Shown piece after piece: positions 22,850 to 32,755 of a stretch of DNA of 64,000 nucleotides. The DNA comes from Verrucomicrobiota bacterium JB025 (GTDB taxonomy: Bacteria; Verrucomicrobiota; Verrucomicrobiia; Verrucomicrobiales; Akkermansiaceae): positions 29,080 to 93,079 of the forward strand of contig JAUTCT020000132.1 in NCBI GenBank assembly GCA_030673875.2, in the 5' to 3' direction. A program made the position numbers and the translations under genes. The stretch's first letter is position 1; each line of letters begins with the position of its first letter. The notes below the pieces were generated by a model. The model had not been told where the DNA came from. It saw only the letters and a program-made list of their open reading frames with translations, and did not search any database.

Positions 22850-24886
22850 TCAGCGGCCGTCGTCGGTGGTTTCCACCACCTCCACCAAGCCGCGCAGCAC
22901 CGCCAGCTGCCCGCGATCAAACTGCCCCGGTTCGATCACCAACCGCCTCAGGCCGACCATTCCGTTAAGCGGTTCGAGATCCACCACCGGAGTGCCGCGG
23001 ATGTCCAGATTCTCCAGGTCGAGGCCGTCCAGGTTCCAGAGGTCATCGATGTCCGATCCGCTGATGTCGAGCGACCGCAGCGGCAGCAGGCGCAGCAGGC
23101 TGCGCACGGGAACCAGCTTCTCGGTCCGCCGCGCGCCTTTCCGATAGAGCGATCGGAGCCCCTTTCCCGAAACCCGCAGGTGGCCGTTCTTGCGATCATA
23201 GGCAAACTCGCGCGACCGCCACCCCCGATTGCTCAGCTCCAACATCACCCGCAGAATCCTCGCGGTATCCCGCAGCGACTTGCGCTTCAGACTGTCATAG
23301 ATGATCATTTTCTCCATCAGCGGATAGCGGCTCTTGCTGTCCAGCGAGAGGGTTTTCAGCAGACGAATGAACTCGTCCACCGGCAGCAATCCGTCCTCGG
23401 CAACCAACGGCGCAAACTCGGGAATCAAATCCCGGATCGACTTCTGACTCCCCTGCCGGATCGCGTAATACCGCTCCGACTCCTCAAACCGCTGGGTCAT
23501 GAACAACACGTGGGCCATGATCGTCCAGCGCCGGTCCGTCGGCGGCGGATTCGACTCAAAGCCCCGCTGCAGCGCCGCCATCGCATTGTCGATGACCGGC
23601 AGACTGATGCTTTCCTTCACCATCAGGAAATCAATGAGAAACAACACGTTCGCCTCCGGAATGTCCTCGCGACTCTCAAACACGGCCATCGCAAACTCCC
23701 GCTCCTGCCGCTGCCGCTCGAGCGCCTCCTCCGCCCGGGCTCGCGCGGCATCCGCACCCACCAGCGCCTCTTCCGTCCGCGCCAGCGCCTCGGTCGTCCT
23801 GTGGTGGCTCGCACTCAATTTCTGCGTGAACCAAACCGCGGCCGTCAGCGCGAACGCGATGAATACCAGCGAAATCACGCAGAGCTGGCGGTTCCGCCGG
23901 AAAAACAACCGAACCTCGCGCACCACCCCGGCGTTCTCCACCTCCACGCTGTAGCCCATCAGGTGCCGCTTCACATCCTCACGCAGCGCCTGGACATTCG
24001 GATACCGGTCGGCCGGATCCTCGGCACAGGCTTTTTCCACAATCGCCGCAACAGCCGGTGAGGCATCACTCAACTTGTGCCGCCGGCTCGGACGGTGCAG
24101 CGTGGAGAGTTCAAATAACAAACAACCCAGCGAATAAATGTCGGTCGCCGGAGTTTTCGTCGCCCGCGGTGTCGATAGCTCCGGCGCCATGTAGCCGGGC
24201 GTCCCCTTGATCGACGCCTCCAGCTGGTCGCCATACAAATCCGGATCCAGCAAGGCCACGGAATCCTGTTCCTCGTCCCCGTCCCGCTCCACCTCGCCCA
24301 TCCCCCAGTCGCATACCTGCACTTCCCCGAAGGTCCCGACCTGGATGTTATCCGGCTTGAGATCGAGGTGCAGCACCCGCCGCGAATGCGCGTAGGACAT
24401 CGCATCACACACCCGCAGCAGGATCGACAGCCGCGCCTCGTAGGGAAAGCGCTCCTCCGCCTCGCCCTTCCGCAGGGCTGAGAGGATCTTGCGCAGCGAC
24501 TGCCCGCGCTTGAACTCCATGGTGAAAAACGGCCGCATCCGCTCGTCGATGCCCATGTCAAACAGGTTGATGATGTTCGGATGCTCGAGACGCGCGGTGA
24601 TGTGGGCCTCGCGCAGGAACGAATCGTAACGCTCGATCGGCACCCCCTCCCTCGGCCTGGCCAGTGCGACAAATCGCTCGGTGTGCTCATCATACACCTT
24701 GAACACCTCCTTCATCCCGCCCCTGCCGATCAGCGTCTCCTCGCCGTAGCGTTTCTCGACGCGGCGCAACGCATGATAGAGCGGGCACAACGCCTGCTCC
24801 TCGTCCAGAGACAGGTCCGCCAGCTGCCGCTCGGCCTCCTCATAGAGCGCCCGGTACGAGGTGAAAACCGCATCGTCATCCTTCAT
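22850..24886 (-). CDS. Membrane Hanks-type Ser/Thr kinase with atypical (WNK-like) Lys placement and C-terminal leucine-rich repeats
   Basis: GRGGMK, VALAR, EAHITARLEHPNII, HLDLKPDNI, DWG, GTPGYMAPE and DIYSLG. One TM helix (LCVISLVFIAFALTAAVWF), a coiled coil, then LRR (LRSLDISGSDIDDL...LENLDIRGTPVVDL). Confidence 0.9.
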   Translation of the reverse strand: MKDDDAVFTSYRALYEEAERQLADLSLDEEQALCPLYHALRRVEKRYGEETLIGRGGMKEVFKVYDEHTERFVALARPREGVPIERYDSFLREAHITARLEHPNIINLFDMGIDERMRPFFTMEFKRGQSLRKILSALRKGEAEERFPYEARLSILLRVCDAMSYAHSRRVLHLDLKPDNIQVGTFGEVQVCDWGMGEVERDGDEEQDSVALLDPDLYGDQLEASIKGTPGYMAPELSTPRATKTPATDIYSLGCLLFELSTLHRPSRRHKLSDASPAVAAIVEKACAEDPADRYPNVQALREDVKRHLMGYSVEVENAGVVREVRLFFRRNRQLCVISLVFIAFALTAAVWFTQKLSASHHRTTEALARTEEALVGADAARARAEEALERQRQEREFAMAVFESREDIPEANVLFLIDFLMVKESISLPVIDNAMAALQRGFESNPPPTDRRWTIMAHVLFMTQRFEESERYYAIRQGSQKSIRDLIPEFAPLVAEDGLLPVDEFIRLLKTLSLDSKSRYPLMEKMIIYDSLKRKSLRDTARILRVMLELSNRGWRSREFAYDRKNGHLRVSGKGLRSLYRKGARRTEKLVPVRSLLRLLPLRSLDISGSDIDDLWNLDGLDLENLDIRGTPVVDLEPLNGMVGLRRLVIEPGQFDRGQLAVLRGLVEVVETTDDGR

Positions 24887-25524
24887 TTACCCGCCTCTCC
24901 GCCCTCCAGGTCGTGTTTCAACAGCTGGATCTCCCGCAGCAGCATCGTCTTCACCCGGTGCTTCAAGATATACACCGTGTTGACCTTGATCCCCAGCTCC
25001 CCGGCGATCCCCTCCACGCTCTCGCCCGCCAGCGATCGGGAAAACACCTCCATCGCATTGCCGGAAAACTTCACCCGCACCCGGTCCATCGCCAGCCGCA
25101 CCACATACTGCTGCCACTCCTCCTCCACCCGCGCCTCGATCTCCGGACTGTCCGTGAGCTCTAGCACCCCGCCCGTCCGCTCGTCATCCAGACTCGGGCC
25201 GGACGGCTGGCGCTTCCTCGCCCTCACGATGTTGAGCGCCACATTGCGGATCAACTTGGCAAACCAGGTGCGGAATTTCGCCCGCGCCGGGTCGCGCTCA
25301 TAGCGGCTCAGCCCATTCCACAGCTTCACCGCCACCTGCTGGCGCGCATCGTCCAGATCCGCCCCGGAAAACCCCATCGCGCCGAGCACCTTGGAAACAA
25401 ACGGATCGTAATACCCCAGCAATTCCTCCCACGCCGGGTGGCTGTTGCCGCCACGCGCCCTCTCCAACAAGCTCACCCTCGTCCTGAGGGCATCGATGCT
25501 GGAAAGTTGGGACGGGTCATCCAT
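24883..25524 (-). CDS. ECF sigma-70 factor (PVC kinase-associated type)
   Basis: Region 2 (WEELLGYY...DLDDARQQV...FRTWFAKLIRN) and region 4 HTH (IAGELGIKVNTVYILKHRV). Stop overlaps the kinase start (ATGA). Confidence 0.9.
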   Translation of the reverse strand: MDDPSQLSSIDALRTRVSLLERARGGNSHPAWEELLGYYDPFVSKVLGAMGFSGADLDDARQQVAVKLWNGLSRYERDPARAKFRTWFAKLIRNVALNIVRARKRQPSGPSLDDERTGGVLELTDSPEIEARVEEEWQQYVVRLAMDRVRVKFSGNAMEVFSRSLAGESVEGIAGELGIKVNTVYILKHRVKTMLLREIQLLKHDLEGGEAGK

Positions 25525-25557
25525 GGCGAGAGACTATTGCCGGCCGCGTCGCCATGC

Positions 25558-25613
25558 CAATTCTCAATTCCCAATTCCCAATTCCCAATTCCCGATTCCC
25601 GATTCCCAACTCC
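25558..25613 (+). repeat. Heptamer tandem repeat, 8 units, consensus CAATTCC
   Basis: CAATTCT, 4x CAATTCC, 2x CGATTCC, CAACTCC read directly from the sequence. Confidence 0.95.
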
Positions 25614-25648
25614 CGCCGCCACCCCGCACCGGACGCGGGAACCCGCAA

Positions 25649-26530
25649 TCAACTGCGGAAATCCCGCGGCCGCGCACCCGTGTGCTTGAGAAATGCCCGG
25701 TGAAAACTCGCCGACGACCGATAGCCGCACCGGTCCGCGATCTCCACCAGCGAAAGATCGCTCGATGCCAGCAGGCCGATCGCCCGGCGGATCCGGTAGT
25801 TTCTCAGATACGCCCCTATCGCCACTCCGAACTGCTCCTGGAATTTGCTCCGCAGATGGCGTTCGGATATCGACAGCTTCACCGCCAGCGGCCCCACCCG
25901 CAGATCATCGGGCGGCAGGCGTTCGAGCTGCACCTGCATCCGCTGCCACAGCCCCGCATACTTGCGCGCCGGTGATACCGGCGGACCATCCTCACGCCCC
26001 CGCACCCGGTGGCACCACCGCCCCAGCATCCGCGCCACCCCGGCACACAAGTCATCCGACCTGCCGGGGGACAGCCCCTCGTTGAACAATCCCGCCATCG
26101 ACTCAATCGCCGCCAGATCCTGCTCGTCCAGATCCAGACTCGTCTGCCTCAACGGCGCCAATCGCTCCGGTTCCGCACTCTCAAAGGTGATCAACAACCA
26201 GAGAATGTCGGATGACTCCAAATTCAAAAACTGGTGGTAGGACTGCGGGAAAACCAAATGGGCCTTCCCGGGTTTCAGATCAAAAGGCACTCCGTCCACC
26301 GCCAGCGTCCCCGCGCTCTCCAGACAGACCACCACCACGAACCGCTTGTGCAAATGCGACTCCACGCTCCTCCGCCGCAGATCACGCGCCTCACGCCGCG
26401 AGAACAACAGCACATCATCCACCGGCGCCAGATACACCCGGTGCCAGCCCTCGAAATACGCCGCCGGGGATGCCGGCGCCGACAAGGAACCCACCTTCTC
26501 TTTGAGCGATTGCGCAATCTTCATCTCCAT
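25649..26530 (-). CDS. AraC family transcriptional regulator
   Basis: N-terminal cupin-like domain and C-terminal double HTH (LAVKLSISERHLRSKF...IADRCGYRSSASFHRAFLKHTGARPRDFR). Confidence 0.92.
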   Translation of the reverse strand: MEMKIAQSLKEKVGSLSAPASPAAYFEGWHRVYLAPVDDVLLFSRREARDLRRRSVESHLHKRFVVVVCLESAGTLAVDGVPFDLKPGKAHLVFPQSYHQFLNLESSDILWLLITFESAEPERLAPLRQTSLDLDEQDLAAIESMAGLFNEGLSPGRSDDLCAGVARMLGRWCHRVRGREDGPPVSPARKYAGLWQRMQVQLERLPPDDLRVGPLAVKLSISERHLRSKFQEQFGVAIGAYLRNYRIRRAIGLLASSDLSLVEIADRCGYRSSASFHRAFLKHTGARPRDFRS

Positions 26531-26722
26531 TCACGAAACAACCAAATCAGCACCGCCAACCATCACATTCTGCCGGAAAAATCAACTTCTCTTCCGTTTT
26601 CGTCAATCATCCCCGTTTCGGTCCGGCCTACCGTTCGCATCAGAGTCCACCCTGCGGATTTCCGCCACCGCAGCACCCGCCGCCTCACCAACTCGTCCGT
26701 TTCAACTCCTCCTCTCCCAGCC

Positions 26723-28141
26723 ATGTCAGCCGTTCTCAACATCCCGCCCCATCCCACCCCCGAACTCGACCCCGAATTCCTTCCCGCCTCACTCTGGACC
26801 CGCTCGTTCGAAGCCCTCTGCCGCGAACACGGCGCACGCCCGGTCAAAATCGCCGTGCTCCGCCCCAAGGGCACCGGAACCATCCACGAGGAATCCCTCC
26901 TCCCCGCCGGTGACCCATGGGACGCCCTGAACTTCCGCCACCTCGAACGCATCCTCAAGGCGCTCATCTGGCTCTACGGCGGCCATCGCTTCCTCATCGC
27001 CGGCGCACCCGAACTCTGCCCGAAACTCCAGCAACTCTACTCCGATTCCGGTGCCCGCGCATTCGACGCCGACTTCTGCCGCCGCTTCTTCGGCGAGTCC
27101 CCGACCATCGAGGCCGCCACCGATGACGAACTCCGCGGATTCGACCACCCCGCAACGGACATCGACACCACCGCACCCGCCTCCGGATGCCGCATCGGCT
27201 TCGACCTCGGCGGCTCCGACCGCAAGTGCGCCGCCGTCATCGATGGCGAAGTCGTCTTCTCCGAAGAAGTCGTCTGGGACCCCTACTTCCAGAAAGACCC
27301 CGACTACCACCTCAATGGCATCCGCGACTCCCTCAAACTCGCCGCCGCCCACCTGCCCCGCGTCGACGCCATCGGCGGGTCCGCCGCCGGAGTCTATGTC
27401 GACAACAAGGTCCGCGCCGCCTCGCTCTTCCGCGGCGTCCCCGACGATCTCTTCAAGGACCGCGTGGAAAACATGTTCCTCGACATCGCCCGCGAGTGGG
27501 GCGACATCCCATTCCGAATCGCCAACGACGGCGACGTCACCGCCCTCGCCGGCGCCATGTCCCTCGACGACGGATCGGTCCTCGGCCTCGCCATGGGAAC
27601 CAGCACCGCCGCCGGATATGTCGACGAATCACGCAACCTCACCGACCGCATCAGCGAGCTCGCCTTCCTCCCCATCGACTACCGCGAACACGCCCCCGTC
27701 GACGAATGGTCTGGCGACGCCGGTTGCAACGTCCAGTATTTCAGCCAACAGGCAGTCGCCCGGCTGATCCCCGCATCCGGACTCCCCATCGACTCCAACC
27801 TCGGCTTCCCCGAACAACTCGAAGCCGTCCAGGAATTCATGAAATCCGGCGACGATCGCGCCGCCGCCATCTACCGCACCATCGGCACCTACCTCGGCTA
27901 CGCCATCCCCCATTTCTCCCGCTTCTATCAAATCCGCCACCTGCTGCTGCTCGGCCGCGTCATGTCCGGCACCGGCGGAGACATCATCATCGAAGAAGCC
28001 CGAAAACTCCTGCGCGCCGAATTCCCCGAACTCGCCGCCTCGGTCCGGATCAGCACTCCCGACGAAAAACTCAAACGCCACGGCCAGGCGATCGCCGCCG
28101 CCAGCCTCCCGAAAATCCCGCAAGCCCCGGCCATTCCATAA
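26723..28141 (+). CDS. ROK family protein (sugar kinase-like) with N-terminal extension
   Basis: IGFDLGGSDRK, NDGDVTALAG, GLAMGTSTAAGYVD and LLLGRV. No N-terminal HTH is evident. Confidence 0.8.
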   Translation: MSAVLNIPPHPTPELDPEFLPASLWTRSFEALCREHGARPVKIAVLRPKGTGTIHEESLLPAGDPWDALNFRHLERILKALIWLYGGHRFLIAGAPELCPKLQQLYSDSGARAFDADFCRRFFGESPTIEAATDDELRGFDHPATDIDTTAPASGCRIGFDLGGSDRKCAAVIDGEVVFSEEVVWDPYFQKDPDYHLNGIRDSLKLAAAHLPRVDAIGGSAAGVYVDNKVRAASLFRGVPDDLFKDRVENMFLDIAREWGDIPFRIANDGDVTALAGAMSLDDGSVLGLAMGTSTAAGYVDESRNLTDRISELAFLPIDYREHAPVDEWSGDAGCNVQYFSQQAVARLIPASGLPIDSNLGFPEQLEAVQEFMKSGDDRAAAIYRTIGTYLGYAIPHFSRFYQIRHLLLLGRVMSGTGGDIIIEEARKLLRAEFPELAASVRISTPDEKLKRHGQAIAAASLPKIPQAPAIP

Positions 28142-28293
28142 CACCCCGGCAGACGACCCCGGCCATCCGCCACACCGCCCCCAAGCGTCCATCCCCACAT
28201 TCCCGCGGATCAACCGCCCCGCCACCTCCCCGCCAGCCAAAGCTGCCGCGGAATCCGCTGGACCGTCAGAGGCATTTTTTCCTAATCAACACC

Positions 28294-29469
28294 ATGAAGC
28301 ACACACTGTTTGAAAAACGCACTGGAGACATCCTCCAGGGACTCCGCGACACCGGAACTCTCAAGCAACTCCGCTACCTCACCGGCCCGATGGGCCCCGT
28401 CGTCAATCTCGAGGATTCCGGCGAAGTCATCGTCCTCTGCGCCAACAACTACCTCGGCCTCGCCAACCACCCGGAGGTCGTCGCCGCATCACGCAACGCC
28501 CTCGACAAATACGGCGCCGGAACCGCCTCGGTCCGCTTCATCTGCGGAACCTTCGACGCCCACCGCGAACTCGAACAAAAACTCGCCCGCTTCTCCGGAA
28601 CCGAAGCCGCCCTCAGCTACGTCAGCTGCTGGAACGCCAACGAAGCCGCCATCTCAACCGCCGTCGGACCCAACGACGTCCTGCTCTCAGACGAACTCAA
28701 CCACGCCTCGATCATCGACGCCTGCCGCCTCGCCCGCCCGCTCCGCCGCGGCGTCTACAAACACCGCGACCTCGCCGACCTCCGCGCCAAACTCGAAGCC
28801 GCCACCGATGAAGCGGAAATCACCTGGGTCGTCACCGACGGCGTGTTCAGCATGGAAGGCTCCGTCGCCGACCTCGCCGCCACCCTCAAACTCTGCCGCG
28901 AGTTCAACGCCATGCTCATCGTCGACGACTCCCACGGCGTCGGCGCTCTCGGCGCCACCGGCAAGGGAACCGCCGAACACTGCGGCGTCTGGGGCGAAAT
29001 CGACGTCATCACCGGCACCCTCGGCAAGGCCCTCGGCGGTGCCGCCGGCGGATACGTCGCCGCCAGCCAGAACTTCATCGACCTCCTCGTCCAGCGCAGC
29101 CGCACCAGCCTGTTCTCCAACGCACTGCCCGTCCCCGTCGCCGCCGGCGCCGCCGCCGCCATCGACCTCATCGAACGCGACACCACCCTCATCGACCGCC
29201 TCCGCGCCAACACCCGGCGCATCCGCTCCGGCCTCCTCGAACTCGGCTTCGAAGTCCAGGACTCCCCCAGCGCCATTCTCCCGATCATGATCGGTGACGA
29301 AGCCGAGGCCATCCGCAAAAGCGAACGCCTCCTCGAACTCGGCGTCTGGGCCGTCGCCTTCGGCTTCCCCGTCGTCCCGAAAGGCGAAGCCAGACTCCGC
29401 CTCCAGGTATCCGCCGCACTCGGCGACGACCACATCGAACGCATCCTCGCCGCGTTCAAACAACTCTAA
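28294..29469 (+). CDS. kbl: 2-amino-3-ketobutyrate CoA ligase (glycine C-acetyltransferase)
   Basis: LCANNYLGLANHP, GTASVRFICGT, SDELNHASIIDA, TDGVFSMEG, DDSHG and GTLGKALGG (PLP Lys). Adjacent to tdh. Confidence 0.92.
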   Translation: MKHTLFEKRTGDILQGLRDTGTLKQLRYLTGPMGPVVNLEDSGEVIVLCANNYLGLANHPEVVAASRNALDKYGAGTASVRFICGTFDAHRELEQKLARFSGTEAALSYVSCWNANEAAISTAVGPNDVLLSDELNHASIIDACRLARPLRRGVYKHRDLADLRAKLEAATDEAEITWVVTDGVFSMEGSVADLAATLKLCREFNAMLIVDDSHGVGALGATGKGTAEHCGVWGEIDVITGTLGKALGGAAGGYVAASQNFIDLLVQRSRTSLFSNALPVPVAAGAAAAIDLIERDTTLIDRLRANTRRIRSGLLELGFEVQDSPSAILPIMIGDEAEAIRKSERLLELGVWAVAFGFPVVPKGEARLRLQVSAALGDDHIERILAAFKQL

Positions 29470-29477
29470 CATAAATC

Positions 29478-30509
<1,032 letters not shown>

Positions 30510-30531
30510 CCCCACCCCAAAACCCCGCCAG

Positions 30532-30710
30532 CAACGACCCCCGAGGGAGCAAAACCAACAACCGGGGGCCGAGCAAAACGACACCCCAGACCCCAACTCC
30601 CTCCCACCCCCAACGATCCCGGAGGGATCACAGCCTGTAGCCGGGGGTCGAGCGCAGCGACACCCCCGGACCCTGCGCCCCCGAAATGCACCGCATCCCG
30701 GCAGGGATGC
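30532..30710. repeat. REP-like palindromic element: degenerate copy (30532-30589), intact copy (30611-30669) and terminal hairpin (30693-30710)
   Basis: Hairpins GATCCC-GGA-GGGATC, CCGGGGGTCG...CGACACCCCCGG and GCATCCC-GGCA-GGGATGC. A further copy lies at 39031-39085. Confidence 0.7.
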
Positions 30711-30944
30711 CAGAAGCGCCCGCTCGCCCAATCACCCCGGAGCCTCACGTCGACCGAGAGCCCGGCTTGCCCATCAATCCACCGACGGACTAAAACCCGG
30801 CAGGCAAGACAGCTTCCACTCCACCTGGAAACTCCCCACCCATCGGCGGCTCCACATCGGAATCCCGAACCAACGCACCCCAGCCACCTGTGACTCGGCA
30901 CCTCCACCGGCCCCATCCACTGATCCCCCTCGTTCCAGCTCCCC

Positions 30945-31901
30945 ATGTCAGACCAGATTCATTTGCGCCCCTTCCGTCCTGACGATGCCCTCCCGCTCGC
31001 ACGCATCTACCAGAACGCCGTCCTCACCGCCGGCCCCGCACACTACACCCCGCAACAAGTCGAAACCTGGGCAAGCTACCCGCAAGACCCGGGTGAATTT
31101 CAACACCGCCTGATGCATGGCACCACGCTCATCGCCGAGCACGATTCCCAACCCGTCGCCTTCGGCCAATTGGACCCGGCCGACCACATCGCCTTCCTCT
31201 ACTGCCGCGGCAGCCACATGCGCCGCGGAATCGCCACCAGCATCCATCAGGCACTCGAAGCACACGCCCGGCAGTCCCACCAGGTCTGCCTCGACACCAC
31301 CGCCAGCCGGATCTCCCGGCCCGTCTTCCAATCCCTTGGCATGCAGGTCGTGGAACGCGAGCACCCGATCCGCAACGGCATCCCGTTCGAGCGCTTTCGC
31401 ATGGCAAAACTCCTCTTCGAACCCGCAGCCACCCGCTGGGCCATCCTCGGCAACTCCGCGTCCGGAAAATCCACCCTCGCCCGGAAAATCGCCGAACTCA
31501 CCGGCGCCGCCATCCTCGATCTGGACACCATCGCCTGGGACCCGGCCGCCCCCCAACCGACCCGCCGGGAAACCGCCGCATGCCTCGCCGACATCGAACG
31601 CTTCGTCGCGCAGCACCCCGCTTGGATCATCGAGGGCTGCTACGAAGACCTCATCGCACAGACGCTGCAATGGGAGCCAGCCATGGTCTTCCTCGACCCG
31701 GACGCCGAAACCTGCCTCACCAGAGCCCGACAACGGGAATTCGAACCCCACAAGTTCGCCACTCCGGAAAAACAAAACGAGGCCCTCCCGTTCCTCCTGC
31801 AGTGGATCGAACAATACCCCACGCGCCCCGGCCCCATGTCCCGCTCAGCCCACCTCCACACCTTCCATTCCTACCCCGGAAAAAAGATCCGGGCCCGCTG
31901 A
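30945..31901 (+). CDS. Fusion of a GNAT N-acetyltransferase and a P-loop (adenylate/shikimate kinase-like, FlaR-like) domain
   Basis: The N-terminal half has IAFLYCRGSHMRRGIATSI (acetyl-CoA motif) and LDTTASRISRPVFQSLG. The C-terminal half has ILGNSASGKSTLARKI, LDLDTIAW and WIIEGCY. Confidence 0.8.
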   Translation: MSDQIHLRPFRPDDALPLARIYQNAVLTAGPAHYTPQQVETWASYPQDPGEFQHRLMHGTTLIAEHDSQPVAFGQLDPADHIAFLYCRGSHMRRGIATSIHQALEAHARQSHQVCLDTTASRISRPVFQSLGMQVVEREHPIRNGIPFERFRMAKLLFEPAATRWAILGNSASGKSTLARKIAELTGAAILDLDTIAWDPAAPQPTRRETAACLADIERFVAQHPAWIIEGCYEDLIAQTLQWEPAMVFLDPDAETCLTRARQREFEPHKFATPEKQNEALPFLLQWIEQYPTRPGPMSRSAHLHTFHSYPGKKIRAR

Positions 31902-31942
31902 AACCACCCGTCCTGTCCCCCGCCTTTCTCCACTCGCCCCGG

Positions 31943-32554
31943 TCAAAGCACGCCCTTGATCAAGCCCAGCAATTCCTCCAGCGACTCCGCCGCCTCAAAC
32001 TGCGGGAAATCCGCCTTCACCTTGTCCGGCGCATGGATCAGGAACCCGTCGTCCGCCTCGATCAGCATCGACGTGTCGTTATACGAATCCCCCGCCGCTA
32101 TCACCTGATAGTTCAGGCTCCGGAACGCGGCCACCGCCTTGCGTTTCGGGTCCGGAACCCGGATTTCGTAATCGACCACCATGTCGTCCTCCACCGCAAA
32201 CCGGTGACACAACAACATCGGGTATTTCAACTGCCGCATGAACGGCGCCGCAAACTGCTCGAACGTGTCCGACAGGATCGCCACCTGCGTCAACTCACGC
32301 AACTCATCGAGAAACTCCAGCGCCCCATCCTTCACCCCGAGCGCACCCACCACCTCCTGCATTTTCGACAACGTGACCCCGTTTTCCTTCAACAGATCCA
32401 GACGATACCGCATCAGCACGTCGTAGTCCGGTTCATCACGCGTCGTCCGCCGCAGCGCCTCAATCCCGGTCGCCTCCGCAACCGCGATCCACGCTTCCGG
32501 CGTCAATACGCCTTCCATGTCCAACGTCACCAAGGTCTGCTTCTTGCTCGTCAT
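31943..32554 (-). CDS. thrH: Phosphoserine phosphatase/homoserine phosphotransferase (HAD)
   Basis: LDMEGVLTPE, RTTRDEPDYDVLM, ILSDTFEQF and AAGDSYNDTSML. Confidence 0.92.
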   Translation of the reverse strand: MTSKKQTLVTLDMEGVLTPEAWIAVAEATGIEALRRTTRDEPDYDVLMRYRLDLLKENGVTLSKMQEVVGALGVKDGALEFLDELRELTQVAILSDTFEQFAAPFMRQLKYPMLLCHRFAVEDDMVVDYEIRVPDPKRKAVAAFRSLNYQVIAAGDSYNDTSMLIEADDGFLIHAPDKVKADFPQFEAAESLEELLGLIKGVL

Positions 32555-32755
32555 GCTGCGGCAGAAAATCAAGGAAAACGCCCGCTGTCGAGCCCCGCAA
32601 TCCGCCATCAGCCAGCCGCTCGCCACCACCCGCACGCACGCCGGATTTCAAAACCGCACCGCGAAAGCCCCCTCAATCAACCGGATTTACCCGTCATTTT
32701 CGTTTGCGTTCCTCATCTCTCACGGGAACCTAGGCGCTCCACCCGCAGTCTATCC

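Noticed and set aside
22850-24886. Calling the kinase a pseudokinase because the VAxK lysine is missing
   Set aside because: The catalytic loop, DWG and APE motifs are intact and a compensating Lys sits in the glycine loop; reported as WNK-like instead.
25558-25613. Heptamer array and the 30532-30669 repeats as CRISPR
   Set aside because: No unique spacers between 23-47-bp repeats and no cas genes.
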